64,000 nucleotides of DNA, taken from the NCBI RefSeq assembly GCF_001194135.2, contig NC_068986.1, positions 30,367,495-30,431,494 of the forward strand, in the 5' to 3' direction. The stretch's first letter is position 1. Every line of letters starts with the position of its first letter. The notes beneath the pieces were generated by a model. It searched no databases. It worked only from the letters and a program-made list of their open reading frames with translations, and was not told the DNA's origin. Source of the stretch: Octopus bimaculoides. Lineage: Eukaryota. Shown here piece by piece: positions 26,222-39,100 of the stretch. The position numbers and the translations under genes were made by a program.

Positions 26222-26612
26222 AAAATGCACTAGTGATGGTTCTATGTAAAAAGCAATGGTGAGAGTTCCATGTAGAATGCAATGGTGATGGTGCCACATA
26301 AAAAAGCACTGATGATGGTGCCACGTAAAAAGCACTGGTGATGGTGCCATATAAAAAGCATTGATGATGGTGCCACGTAAAAAGAATTGATGATGGTGCC
26401 ATGTAAAAAGCACTGATGGTGGTATAAGATAAAAAGCACTGGTGATGGTGTCACATAAAAAGCATTGATGATGGTGCCATGTAAAAAGCATTGATGGTGG
26501 TGTAATATAAAAAGCACTGGTGATGGTGCCATATAAAAAGCACTGGTGATGGTGCCACGTAAAAAGCATTGCTGATAGTGCCACATAAAAAGCATTGATG
26601 ATGGTGCCATGT
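26222..26612 (+). repeat. Minisatellite, 15 x 26 bp, fused to an RTE-type 3' UTR
   Basis: Consensus aaaaagcactggtgatggtgccatgt; continues directly into aaaaagcaccactacactct...catggaaaacagacattaaatgatgatg ending at about 26783. Confidence 0.85.
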
Positions 26613-26994
26613 AAAAAGCACCACTACACTCTGTAAAGTGGTTGGTGGTAAGAAGGGTATCCAGCTGTAGAAACTAAAGCAAAACAGACTATGGTACCAG
26701 ATGCAGCCCCTGTCCTTACCAGTTCCTGTTAAGCTGTCCAACCCATACCAGCATGGAAAACAGACATTAAATGATGATGATGAAAGGACACATTGGATGA
26801 AGTAGTCCTAGATATGCTTAAAAAAAGGAAATGTATGGGGTGGTCACAGCTGAAATGCCTTTGATTATAGTTCTGTTCAGCCAAGATTGATCTACAGCAA
26901 TGATTAAAATTGTCAAGCCACTCTCAGCAATGTTTACACTGTCTGTCTCTCTTTTCAAACCTTAGAAGGTTTCAGAGAATATCTGTACCCATAT

Positions 26995-27619
26995 ATCGAA
27001 ATCGAACCAAATTCGACGACTTGCACCCATGCCAACCTCTCCTTCATTGGACACTAAACTCTACTTGCGAAGACCTGTTGGGGCAAGTGAANNNNNNNNN
27101 NTCTACTTGCGAAGACCTGTTGGGGCAAGTGAAATCGAAATCGTAATTGAACCATATCCGATGACTGGCACCTGTGCCAGTGGAGCACTAACAGCACTGT
27201 CCAAGGGCAATCATTGCCAGAGCAGCTGTCTAGCTTCCGGGATAGTTGCCCGTAAATAGCACCATTCGAGGGAGTATCGCCTCACTGACATTTGTGCCGG
27301 TGGCACGTTAGAAAACCATTTGAGCGAGGTCATTGCCAGTGCCGCTGGACTGGCTCCTGGGCAGGTGGCACGTAAAAGACACCATTTTGAGCATGGCCAT
27401 TGCCAGTACCGTGTGACTAACCCTCGTGCCAGTGGCACGTAAAAGCACCCACTACACTCTCGGAGTGGTTGGCATTAGGAAGGGCATCCAGCTGTAGAAA
27501 CTCTGCCAAATCAGATTGGAGCCTGGTGCAGCCATCCGGTTCACCAGTCCTCAGTCAAATCGTCCAACCCATGCTAGCATGGAAAGCGGACGTTAAATGA
27601 TGATGCTGATGATGATGAT
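26995..27619 (+). mobile_element. Long RTE-type 3' UTR copy with modular repeats
   Basis: Same terminal 150 bp as 63320-63487; several gtgcc.gtggcacgt modules; (GAT)n tail. Confidence 0.75.
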
Positions 27620-28017
27620 ATACAACCTACTTCAAACTGATTGATTTCATACTAATAAATTTTTATTCATTTTTTTTTTGTCTGTATAATGCAACTGGTA
27701 AGCAATAGCAATGATTGATTAAAGGTTTTTCAGCAGATCAACCACTGGTTGACTGAATTCCTGACAAGGAAGCATTTGCAATTCAGTACAAAGGTCTTTG
27801 TTCTTGTTAAGGACCTCATTCAAAAAGCACCAGGCTTTCATTGATATTTACATCCTTTGTTCATATGCATCAACAAAAGATCTACTGACAGAGGCCATGG
27901 TATACTTTGTACAAGATGTTATACAGTGGATTGAACCTAAAATCACATGGTTGTAAACAAAACTTCTTAACTTCATAGCCATAGCCATACTTTTACCCAC
28001 ACACATATATATATATA

Positions 28018-28220
28018 ATGAGTTCAAAACAGAAAAATGACAAAAAAAACATCAAAAATCAACAACGCAAGGACGCGATACAGATATTGTGTTACTGGAC
28101 GCTCAGGAAATTGTGTTACTCGATGTTTTGAGTGGAGCTCTTCGTCGGTAATATAGGAAAGTCCAAAGAAAGGAAGACAGAGGAAGAAAAAAATCACCAA
28201 CGATATACACGAGGTTACAT
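28018..28220 (-). mobile_element. (TA)n-flanked Penelope-like pLTR relic with decayed hammerhead
   Basis: (TA)n on both sides. The minus strand at 28148-28121 reads CCGACGA-A-GAGC-TCC-ACTC-AAAA-CATC, versus the expected CTGACGA-A-GAGC-loop-GCTC-GAAA-CGT. Three of the four differences are CpG-type transitions. Helix I is not recoverable. Confidence 0.45.
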
Positions 28221-28235
28221 TATATATATATATCA

Positions 28236-28640
28236 TTTATCTTTGCTTTTTTTCAGTCATTAGACTGCGGCCATGCTGGGGTATTACCTTGAAGAAATGT
28301 TTAAGTTTACGAATCAACCCCACAACTAATCTCTTAAAAGCCTGGTACTTATTCTAAGTTACAGGGATGTAAACACACCAAAGCCAGTTGTCCAGTGGTG
28401 GTGAAAAACAAACATGGAGATGAAGATATGCACATACACACACATACATACACCCACACATATGCACACACATGCATGCATACACCCCCCCCCACACACA
28501 CACACTAAGCTTCTTTTAGTTTCCACCTACCAAATCCATGCACAAAGCTTTAGTCAGCCTGAGGTCATAGTAGAAGACCCTTGACCAAGGTGCTAGGCAG
28601 TAGGATTGAACCTGGATCCATGTGGTTGAGACAAGCTATA
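28236..28640 (-). mobile_element. SINE family S2, diverged copy
   Basis: Similar to 57128-57512, including the internal (CA)n. Confidence 0.7.
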
Positions 28641-30256
28641 TCCTCAGTAAGCACTTCTGCAAATACTGGCTGGCAATTGTATAGCCATAGACGATTTGCC
28701 TTTTAGAAGAAAACTATCCATATAAACTGAAATTCCAGGTCGTGTGTGTGTGTCTGTGTGTGTGTGTGTGTGTGTGCGCATGACTGCTTGAATTGTTGGA
28801 TTATGAAGTTATATAAAAAAAAAAAAAAAAAAAAACATTTACTGATGAAAGGATTCAATGCTTTTAGCAGAATCGAATTTATTATGCATATTGGATTGAC
28901 TGGGATTTCAAATTTTGCCTGTAATGATTTATTCAACCAATCATATATATGCGTGTGTATGTTATATACATATATATATATGTATGTATGTATGTATGTA
29001 TGAATGTATACACATGTATTATATTATATACATAAATCAATATAGTGTAAACACAACAACAGAACTGTATAGCGTTCAACGTATCTATCAAATCTACACC
29101 AAATTTCATTTAGTGTTTCTCATGCATTAACATCCTCAGATCACTGTGATTATAACATTGATCAATCAGTGTGATAATGTATTGAACAAACAAATAAGAT
29201 CCTCTCTCACTCACACACACACACACACACTTTAGCAACTCTCACTACTCATAACTAACAGAGTTATTGCTGTTTTCTGTTGCTGCTGTTGTTCAACCCC
29301 AGGTTAGCGACCATGGTCAAGCAGAACACTGATCAAAAGCATTCCAACCATGAGAATCTCATTTATTCATAGATCATGGACAACAGTGTCCAATGTGTCC
29401 TTTCTTTTCAGTTGAAACAGTAGAATGTATTAGAGGGGGGTTTGGCTGCTATTTCTAACAGTTTAAGCAACCATACAGTGGTTACATTATAGTGTTGTTG
29501 TTCTTGTTGTTATTGTTGTTGTAGTTTTTATTGTTACCACTTTGGTTTAACCCCCACCTCAGATCTGACTGAACAAACCTGCAGTCAAAGGCATTCCAGT
29601 TATGACCATCACAGCTTTTTCAAACATTGTTTACCTTAAACTACATTATCCAATGTTTATCTTTTTAAGGCACTAAGGAGCAATTTGAGTGAAGTTCTGA
29701 CTGCCATTTCTAGCATAGTAACGACCTTACAAAGGCTCTTTTGTTGATTCCCAGGCTGATCCAGATGGTACAGGATTGGATTCAATATGTCATATCGTCT
29801 CTTGCAGTGTGTCTATATTTCTAAGTTCATATCCTACCAGGGTTGCATTCTCTAACAATTTCTCCAGGGATGCTATAAAAAAGGGCCACTTATTCTGGGG
29901 CCAAATACACCAACTGTTCTATCCCACACCAACTAACTCACTGACTTACAACAGAGAAATACTAGTAGCTAAGACAGAAATTGATCTGCTCTATTTTTCT
30001 ATGTAGAGTGATCGATTAAATCAATCACACAGCTTTTATCCTCCTATAACTTTATCTTTGATGCCAAATAATTGAGGATCATCCATCCTAACTATACTAT
30101 ACTGTAAATATCAAATATAACCCCTACCAACACCAACACCACCACCACAATATACCAGTCTCTTCAACATCCATACACATCCAGCTAAACATCAATGCCA
30201 TACTCTGCCATTCAGAAATGGGCTGTATTCAGCAAATGATGTACCAAATTCAGCCT

Positions 30257-30290
<34 letters not shown>

Positions 30291-30453
30291 GATAGATAGA
30301 GAAGTAGACAGACAGACAGACAGACAGATATAGATTTGAGTTTGTATTATTGTGTATAGAAGAATATATTAATCAACGAAATTCCAACCTAGTCAGATTT
30401 TCACACTTTATTATTTATAATTTTTACAATTTTACAATATTGAAATAATAGAA

Positions 30454-30488
<35 letters not shown>

Positions 30489-30497
<9 letters not shown>

Positions 30498-30664
30498 GAT
30501 AAAATGTACAGTTCAAAAGATTCAGCCTGCTGGAGCCCATTGGCAAGTGTTTAAAGGACAAATCTAATCATTTTACAACAATTGTCAATTGTGGAACACG
30601 ACTGTCACTACATGGACCTGATGATTGCATAATGCATGAAAGTACTAGTTTTATCACAATATAT
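30489..30664 (+). mobile_element. Mini Penelope-like insertion with 16-bp inverted ends next to (TA)n
   Basis: atatattgtgataaaa (30489-30504) is the exact reverse complement of 30649-30664. It directly follows a (TA)n tract and contains the minimal hammerhead. Confidence 0.55.
30615..30650 (+). ncRNA. Candidate minimal type I hammerhead ribozyme (Penelope-type, palindromic helix III)
   Basis: GAC-CTGATGA-tTGCA(taa)TGCAt-GAAA; palindromic AGTACT 30641-30646; CUA triplet with H at 30647; GTT 30648-30650 pairs with GAC. The conserved G10.1:C11.1 pair is T.T here, so it may be inactive. Confidence 0.7.
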
Positions 30665-31246
30665 TATTTTATTCTTTTACTTGTTTCAGTCATTTGTCTG
30701 TGGCCAAATCAACCCCAGGACTTATTCTTTGTAAGCCTAGTACTTATTCTATCGGCCTCTTTTTGCCAAACCTCTAAGTTACGGGGACATAAACACACCA
30801 ATATTAATTGTCAAGCAATGGTGGGGGCACAAACTCAGACACACAAACATATACATATATACTACAGGCTTCTTTCAGTTTCTTATTTCTTTATTGCCCA
30901 CAAGGGATTAAACATAGAGGGGACAAACAAGGACAGACAAAGGGATTAAGTTGATTACATCAACCCCAGAGCGTAACTAGTACCTTATTTATCGACCCCG
31001 AAAGGATGAAAGGCAAAGTCGACCTCAGCGGAATTTGAACTCAGAACATAACGACAGACAAAATACTGCTAAGCATTTTGCCTGGCACGCTAACTTTTCT
31101 GCCAGCTCGCTGCCTTTAAAGGCTTCTTTCAGTTTGTCTACTAAATCTACTCACAAGGCTTTGGTCATCCTGAGGCTATTGCAGAGGACACTTGCCCAAG
31201 GTGCCATGCAGTGAGACTGAATCCAGAAGCATGTGGCTGAGAAGCA
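30665..31246 (-). mobile_element. SINE family S2 interrupted by an S3 SINE
   Basis: S2 halves at 30665-30881 and 31120-31246, with a 16-bp target-site duplication aggcttctttcagttt at 30866-30881 and 31120-31135. Confidence 0.8.
30882..31119 (-). mobile_element. SINE family S3, full length, nested in S2 with 16-bp TSD
   Basis: Minus strand: tRNA-like head, central ctttgcctttcatcctttcggggtcgataa motif, tail ...gtgggcaataaagaaataag; flanked by a perfect TSD. Confidence 0.85.
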
Positions 31247-31321
31247 AATTATTTCAATATTATAAAATTCGAAAAATTGTAAATAATAAAACATGAAAAT
31301 CAGACCAAGTTCGAATTTCCT

Positions 31322-31373
<52 letters not shown>

Positions 31374-31376
<3 letters not shown>

Positions 31377-32039
31377 TGGTTCTCAACCAGGGTCTATTAA
31401 GACCCTTAAGATATTTTTGCTAAAATTTATGTGCAATAAACTGGCTCTACTTCTGGTTTTCAAATGGGATCCATATGACCATTGAGGGTCCATATAAGAT
31501 TTTGTAGTTAAAATTTATGTGAAATAAATTGGTTACATGTCTACAATATAGGTGCAGGAGTGACTGTGTGGTAAGTAGCTTGCTTACCAACCACATGGTT
31601 CTGGGTTCAGTCCCACTGTGTGGCACCTTGGGCAAATGTCTTCTACTATAGCCTCGGGCCAATTGTGTTTGTCCCCACACCGTCGCTTGACAACTGATGC
31701 TGGTGTGTTTATATCCCCGTAACTTAGCAGTTTGGCAAAAGAGACCAATAGAATAAGTACTAGGCTTACAAAGAATAAGTCCTGGGGTTGATTTGCTCAA
31801 CTAAAGGCAGTGCTCCAGCATGGCCACAGTTGAATGACTGAAACAAATAAAAGAGCAAAAGAGTAATACACAAAATATTTTAACAGCTTTTTGTTTTTTT
31901 TATTATATACAATCCCTAATAATATTCAATTATAAAAATATAATTGGATTTTTTAGACATGAATAGCTATGAGAGTCCAGCTAAGCAAAATAGGTATCAA
32001 AGGAGACTCATAGGTAAAAAAAATGATTGAGAACCATTG
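31374..32039. mobile_element. hAT-type MITE (same family as 57992-58162) carrying an S2 SINE
   Basis: TIRs cagtggttctcaacc and gattgagaaccattg; flanks atatatat and atatacat (7/8 match). Confidence 0.7.
31553..31865 (+). mobile_element. SINE family S2 (internally deleted) nested in a hAT-type MITE
   Basis: Head and tail match S2; the microsatellite segment is missing. Confidence 0.75.
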
Positions 32040-35000
32040 ATATACATCATCATCAGCAGCAGCAGCATTCATCATCATCATCATCATCGTCATTTAACAT
32101 CCGCTTTCCATGCTAGCATGGGTTGGACGATTTGACTGAGGACTGGTGAACCAGATGGCTACACCAGGCTCTAATCTGATCTGGCAGAGTTTCTACAGCT
32201 GGATGCCCTTCCTAACACCAATCACTCCGAGAGTGTAGCGGGTGCTTTTACGTGCCACCGGCACGAGGGCCAGTCTGGTGGTACTGGTAACGGCCATGCT
32301 CAAATGGTGTTTTTACGTGCCACCTGCACAGGAGTCAGTCCAGCGGCACTGTCAACGACCTCACTCGAATGTTTTGTTCACATGCCACCGGCACAAGTGC
32401 CAGTAAGCCGATGCTTGTAAAATGATCTACTTACAAAAATCTTAACTGCCTACAGCCATGCTACCTATTTCCTCTGTCTATTAACAGTAACTGGGGCAAC
32501 TATAAAAAATTAAAAAAAACACAATGATACAAACCACAGTTGTGTGGCTCTATTTGCTGCATTCCCAGACAATGGTGAAATAGATCTTGAGTAATGTACT
32601 TCATACATGCAATCAAAAAAGAGGGAAATTTTCCAAAGCAACACATTAACTCCAAGAAGCATGAAATTGATTCTCTGCTTCAGTATCAATAAAATGTCTT
32701 ACAAAGAAAAAGAGCCCATTTGTTTCAACACTACTGATGATGATAACAACAACAACTTTGGTTTTCCCTACAATCTTCATATTTATTCTTCAAATTATAT
32801 GAAGAATAGTTTCGGCCAGTCACCCCTAGCCACCTAACTCTCTGTATGTACACACACACATATATACACGTGTACACACATACACACATGTGCATGAAAA
32901 TACATAAAATAAAACTATTTTTGTTCCAATTGTTAAAATGCTAAACTTGTCTTAATTGCACAAAAAATATATATGTATATAAAAATTTGGCGCATTTTCA
33001 TTTTCTCAGTATTTCAGACACACACGCGCACACACACACACACACACACAGCTATGTATCTGTATGTGTGTATATGACAATGGTGATGATGATGACATTG
33101 AGAGAATAGGTTTTATACATGCTACTATGTTGAATGATTTTAATGTAAGTGAATCTGCTATTTATAAAGTTGCTCGAGGGTGTTTCAGCTGCAGACAGTT
33201 CCAGCCAAAGTCACTTTCTGTCTTAATTTCTGGATACATTACAAGTACCAGTTGATAATCACATTGTATAGAACCTGTCTCAAATGCTAATTGTAACAAG
33301 TTAATTTGCATATTTAGAATTTATTTTTAACTTTGTACTCATTCGCTCTGTTCCAATTGAATTTGGTTTCAACCAGCTTCTAATAAACAATACTGTTATC
33401 CAAATGTAATTTCTAGCATTGGTCTGAATTCAATCAGTGCAATAAATCTGTGGGGGGGTTTTGTTTTTTTTTTTTTTTTTTTTTTGTAAAAATTATTTTA
33501 TTCACTGACCTGATTGAAATGCTAATCATATACAGGAGACAGCTGTGGATGATCAGTAAAACAAACTAAGATGGTATTGTAAACAGTCAAGGTTCACAAT
33601 GATGCAGCAGTAAATTAGTAACAATTAAACAGTTGACATTCCATCATCTATTTACTTGTTGCCAATTCATTGTTACATTATCATGGTCTTGATAAAAGTG
33701 AAAGTAGGTTTCCCTCCTATCAATTGCAGGAGGCACAAGCATTTTTACACACACATATGTATGCACATGATGGTAACCTCAACCTACAAAATTCAATCAT
33801 AAGACTTCAGTCAGTCTGAGGCTATAGCAGAAGACACTTGCCCAAGGTGCCAAGCAGTGTGACTGAAACTGAAACCCTGTGGTTGAGAAGCAAGTTTCTG
33901 GGGGAAGGGAACTAGTCTATTTATACTGGCCCTAGTGTTCGACTGGTACTTATTTAATTGAGCCCCAAAGGGGATGAAAGGCAAGACTGACCTCAGTGAA
34001 ATTCACACTCAGAACATAAAGACAGACAAATATAATAACAATCTTTTCTACTATAGGCACAAGGCCTGAAATTTGGAGGAGTTGGGTCTAGTCAATTACA
34101 CTGACCCCAGTGCTCAACTGTGGAGCAATTCTGGTCTAAGAGATGTCCACTGCATCTCTGTCTACTGACTAGAGGTCACTGAGCAAGTGACCTTGTTTCT
34201 AAGTTGACACAAAACAACAAATATTTACACCTCCTGCACTGAGTAAAGTCATGTCAAAGTAGGACAGTATACACACACCTTAGTCTTTGGGAAGAGCAGA
34301 TAGTCAACTTCTTGGTTCTTTGTTCAGAACGGTGTCCCTTAAAAGACCTTTCTAATAGACTTTGGTCTTAACACACATTTTCTGAAAATTCCCATCACTT
34401 CCTGAGAAATTGTTTAAGAGTGTATTGTATACATTTACCAACATTTTTATTAATAATCTACCATAAACTGTTTTGCAGATGATTTTCTCATATTCTTCCA
34501 TTTCTTTTGATATTGTTTGCCTTTAAATTGTTTTGTTATGTAGTCCAGTTGTTTCTGCTTATAGCAGTGAAGTTGGTGATGCTTTCTGTTTTGTGTTTTC
34601 GGCTCTGTATGTTGTTGCTGTTGTTGTTGTTGTTTTGATTGTGTGTTTTCCAATAATAATAATGCTAGAACACAAAGCATTCAAATGTTCTAAACAATAA
34701 AAGAAAAGCGGTTTTAACATTCTGAAAAATTACTTTTAACATTCAGACAAATATTTTTCATATGATAAATATGATGCCTTTCCTTTTAATGCAAACCCAT
34801 ATTTCTATTTCTCTCTCTCCTTTTTATTATTTTTTTTATTGTAACGTGTGAAAAGCAATCAAGTGAAACAGCTAGTGCATATTTTACCCAACTAGTAATA
34901 TTCTAGTCATATTATCTATTTATGTTGTAAAGCTTTATGATGCTATAAAGTTTTACAACATAATAGATAATACAACCAGAATATATTTTGTATTATTTTA

Positions 35001-35797
35001 GTTAAGTTTATACCAGTTATGACCTTAGCATTTAACACAATAAATACATACACACACACTATACACACACACACTATACACACACACACACCGTCCCACC
35101 CATGCTAGCATGGAAGACGGACATTAAATGATGATGATGATGACATATATATACATACATACATACACACACACATATATCCACATTGAGACACACACAC
35201 AGAGAGGGCCATGCTTGTGTAGTTGCGCTGATGGTTTCTCAGACAAACACCTGTGGCTTCAGGAGGTCCAATCCCATGATACCTTAGGCAAGTATGTCCT
35301 ACTATAAACCTGGGCTAACCAATGCCTTGTGAGGGAATTTGGTAGATAAAAACTCAAAGAATATATGCATACATATATGTGTGCACATGAGTGTATACAT
35401 TAGTGCCTACTTTTCCATGCTCACATGAGTCATATGGAATTTATTGAAGCAGGTTTTCTATGGGCAGATGCCCTTCTTATCATCAACTCTTAACTGATGT
35501 CAAGCAAGTCAATATTTTCCCAAGTCTTTGGCAGGCTTTGGACATGTTTTTTAAGGAAGACTAAAAGTGAATAACTTCATTTGTATGATGGTGATGCTCC
35601 TTTACAGTTGTCAAGTGATGTCAAAAACAAACATACACACACACATACACAACAGGCTTCTTTCAGATCCCATCTACAAAATCCACTCAGAAGACTTAGG
35701 TTGGCCTGGGGCTATAGTAGAAGACAGTTGCCCTAGATGCCATACAGTGTGGCATCTAGGCCATTGTGTTTTGTACACACACACACACACACACACG

Positions 35798-35833
<36 letters not shown>

Positions 35834-36077
35834 CACACACACATGTGATTTTAATGGTAAGTGTTGAGATGGATACAACTTGGCACATCTACCATGGGTA
35901 GAGAAGATGCAGGTTTGAGCCTTCAATCTTCTTTTACCATTCAAAGGTTTTTAACCCCAAATATTACATGCTGTTATTTATAACTATATCCACTTTGAGA
36001 TTCACCATTAAAATTATTTATTTTAGATGTTCTTGAAGCTTCTACATTTCCATAATGTAAATGTGCATGCATGCACC

Positions 36078-36115
<38 letters not shown>

Positions 36116-39100
36116 TACAGAGTTACATGTTTGCTTACACATTTGTACACTAGTGAGCACACATTTGGTATGTGAAATTCCAGCAAAAAGAATATAAAAC
36201 AAATTTTACCATAAAAAGATATATTATTGAAATAAAATAATAATAAAAAAAGAACATTTTTCCAATAAGGAACATAAATATATAGGTGGAAAATTATTGT
36301 AACAAATGCTTTTAAACACATACATTCCAAAATCGCTGAAGAAATGAGGAAGAAAACCTGAATCATCAATAAAGACATAAAAATAATGGAAATCAATATG
36401 ACAAAACAAAGAATATAAAAGATAACATATAAAATATATGGAGGATAAGGATTTAGAATCCCTTATGATAGTGGCTATGATAGAACTTGACTATTGCCAA
36501 GCAATAATAGACAAACTGTGAAATTTAAGGTCAATAGAGATTTTAAATATGGCGCTGTATTTTTTTAGCATTAAAAAGGATTTATTAGCAGTTTTAGCTA
36601 TGAGCTGATTAACCCTTTCATTATATTTATGCTGAAGTACACAGTCTTTGAGTAAATTTTGAAAATGAAGAAGAATTTATTAAAATGACTGTCACTAATA
36701 AGCTGGTATTTGGAACATGAATTAAGATGAAATTTTGAAAGTAGGTTTTAATTTAGGTCACTTTAAACAGGAAGTTTCTATCACAGAACCAACAGCAGTC
36801 TCAGAAGATATAGATTGGACTTTGCTATATCTTCAAATGAGAGAGATAAAACTTAATTGAAGAGATGGCAGTTCCACAGATTACACAGAAAATCTATATA
36901 GAAATACATTTGTTGAAATATAAAATTGTTACTGGATGTTACATTGAGACTGGTACTCTCTGAGAGAGAGTGGGGATGTGAGATGCAAACTGATGTGGCG
37001 CACCAGTTGTTGAATAAATATTAGTATCATCTTCACCATAGACACCAATGCAAGCTATGTAAGAGATCAAACACTGATATATCTGTAAAACAGAATATAT
37101 AACAGTAAAATCCTAATTCAATATGAACACGATGTCAATAAAATTTGCTTGCAACTAAAATTAATGGTTTTGTGAATTTTTCGAAAACGTCCGTCCTTTT
37201 TGTCCCACTCTGTATATAAAACATCCTACTGCATTTTTGTAATTGAATATTATTAGGAATTGTATTAAAAATTGTTAAAATATTTTCTATATTGTAGAAG
37301 TATAATTGCACATAAATTTTAACAACAAAATGTTATATGGACCCCCAAGGGCCATTTGGACCCCAGTTGAGAACTATTGTTTTAAGCTTATCAGTGCTTT
37401 TTTCTTCTGCTGTAGACACAAAACCTGAAATTTTGAAGGAGGTGGAGCTAGGAGGGAGCTAGTCGATTACACTGATCCCAGTACTTGACTGATACTTATT
37501 TTTTCAACCCCAAAAGGACGAAAGCAAAGCTGACCTTAACGGAATTTGAACTTAGAGCATAAAGAGGGAATTGCCGCTAAGCAATTGTCCAGCACAATAA
37601 CAATTCTGTTGCCTTGCCACCAATGCTATATTTTGGTCAGTGCTAACCCCGAGAGAAGAGGAATGACCTTGGTTCCCATACAGGTTATTTTAGTTTTGTG
37701 CAAAACTAAATTCTGTAGTTTTGCTTTATCATATCTGTTGTACATCTCGAATGTTCAAGAATGGTAATCCCTATCCTTGTGCAATACCAGATAATAGTTT
37801 CTTCCAACAACCTACAAATTCCACAACTAAATAACTTCAACCAGTTTCCAATCATGATTAAGAATCGATATCTTACTTAGAACCTGACAAGGATGAGGAT
37901 TAATTATTGTGAGGATTAATCATCATGAGGATTAGTCCTTCTTAGACAAGGCATTTTGTCTGAGGCCGTAGTGGTTCTGCCAACCCTCCGAACTAGAGTA
38001 TAACATTAATGCTTCCATTTCTTCTAAGAGCTAAAATAATCGCAATATATTTCATGGAATACTGAAGATTAGGGCTTCTTAGATCAATATAGATGATTAA
38101 ATAGAAGAAAGCACTTGAGTTGTTTGTATAAAAATGTATTCAGAAAGGAAGTTTGATATTAGAACATTAATTCAATGTAGGGTATTCTAAAGATAAGATC
38201 TGCATCAGTGTGATAACAATATCCAAAAGGTTTCAGGAACAAAAGTAACAAAAAAACAAATGAGAGTACAATATTGCTTTTATGTCAGTTTTTCTATGCT
38301 GGTATGAGTTACATGGATTTTTTCTGTTTGGCTGTATCTGTGGAAATTTTTAAGTTTAAAGAAAATTTGAAAATTTGGTGTATTGATGTAATTTTCCGTG
38401 CTGAATCTCAGGGGCTAATTCACTCCCCACCCCAGAAAGTTCTTTTTTAAAGTTACAGAGGTTTAAATTTTGATTATTTTAACCCAGTCAGAAAACACGA
38501 TTTGGAAGCTGTCGTTTTGTGCATGACTGCATGTGTTGTCAACTGTAAACAAATGAAATGTTGACAGAATTCTGCTTCATGCACACCATATAACCCCCTC
38601 ATAACTTTTATATTTTTTGGAATTTTCAGAAAATTTTTGCGAATTTGTATTCTACACACAGGAATTCATACAATTATCCAAAAACAAAAACTTTGGTGCA
38701 TGATATAAGGCCTATTTAGCCATTATTTTTAGCACATTTTACGAGCACTTCATACTGCCCCCCTCCATGGGGGATGCGAATACTTCCCACTTTGGATATC
38801 ACAGATATAGAAGACACTTTCCCAAGGTGCCATGCAGTGGAACTGAACTCAGAGCCATGTGGTCAGAAAGCAAACTTCTTACCACACAGCAATGCCTGCA
38901 CATATATTTACAACAGTAATCTATAAATATTACTCAAACTACATATTAGTGAAATATCCATGACACAACCCAGTATTTGAGTATTAAGAATTACCTGTCA
39001 ATATTCTAAATACAAATTAATATATATATATATTGTGCAAAAATATATGTACATTGTACTAAAGGAAAGGAAAGAAATGAATTATAAGATTAAGAAAATA

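Larger units (their letters stand above)
30372..31325. mobile_element. Element with 78-bp inverted arms whose centre is filled by nested insertions
   Basis: 30372-30449 versus the reverse complement of 31248-31325: 66/78 identical. The right arm abuts (TA)n at 31325-31373. Confidence 0.55.

Noticed and set aside
26222-26612. CRISPR array, or tandem hammerheads (CTGATGA occurs in some units); His/Trp-rich ORFs
   Set aside because: No spacers and no GAAA/helix III partner; the ORFs are only translations of the 26-bp period.
27060-27133. 32-bp direct repeat around a 10-N gap
   Set aside because: Identical sequence on both sides of a minimal gap; scaffolding overlap artefact.
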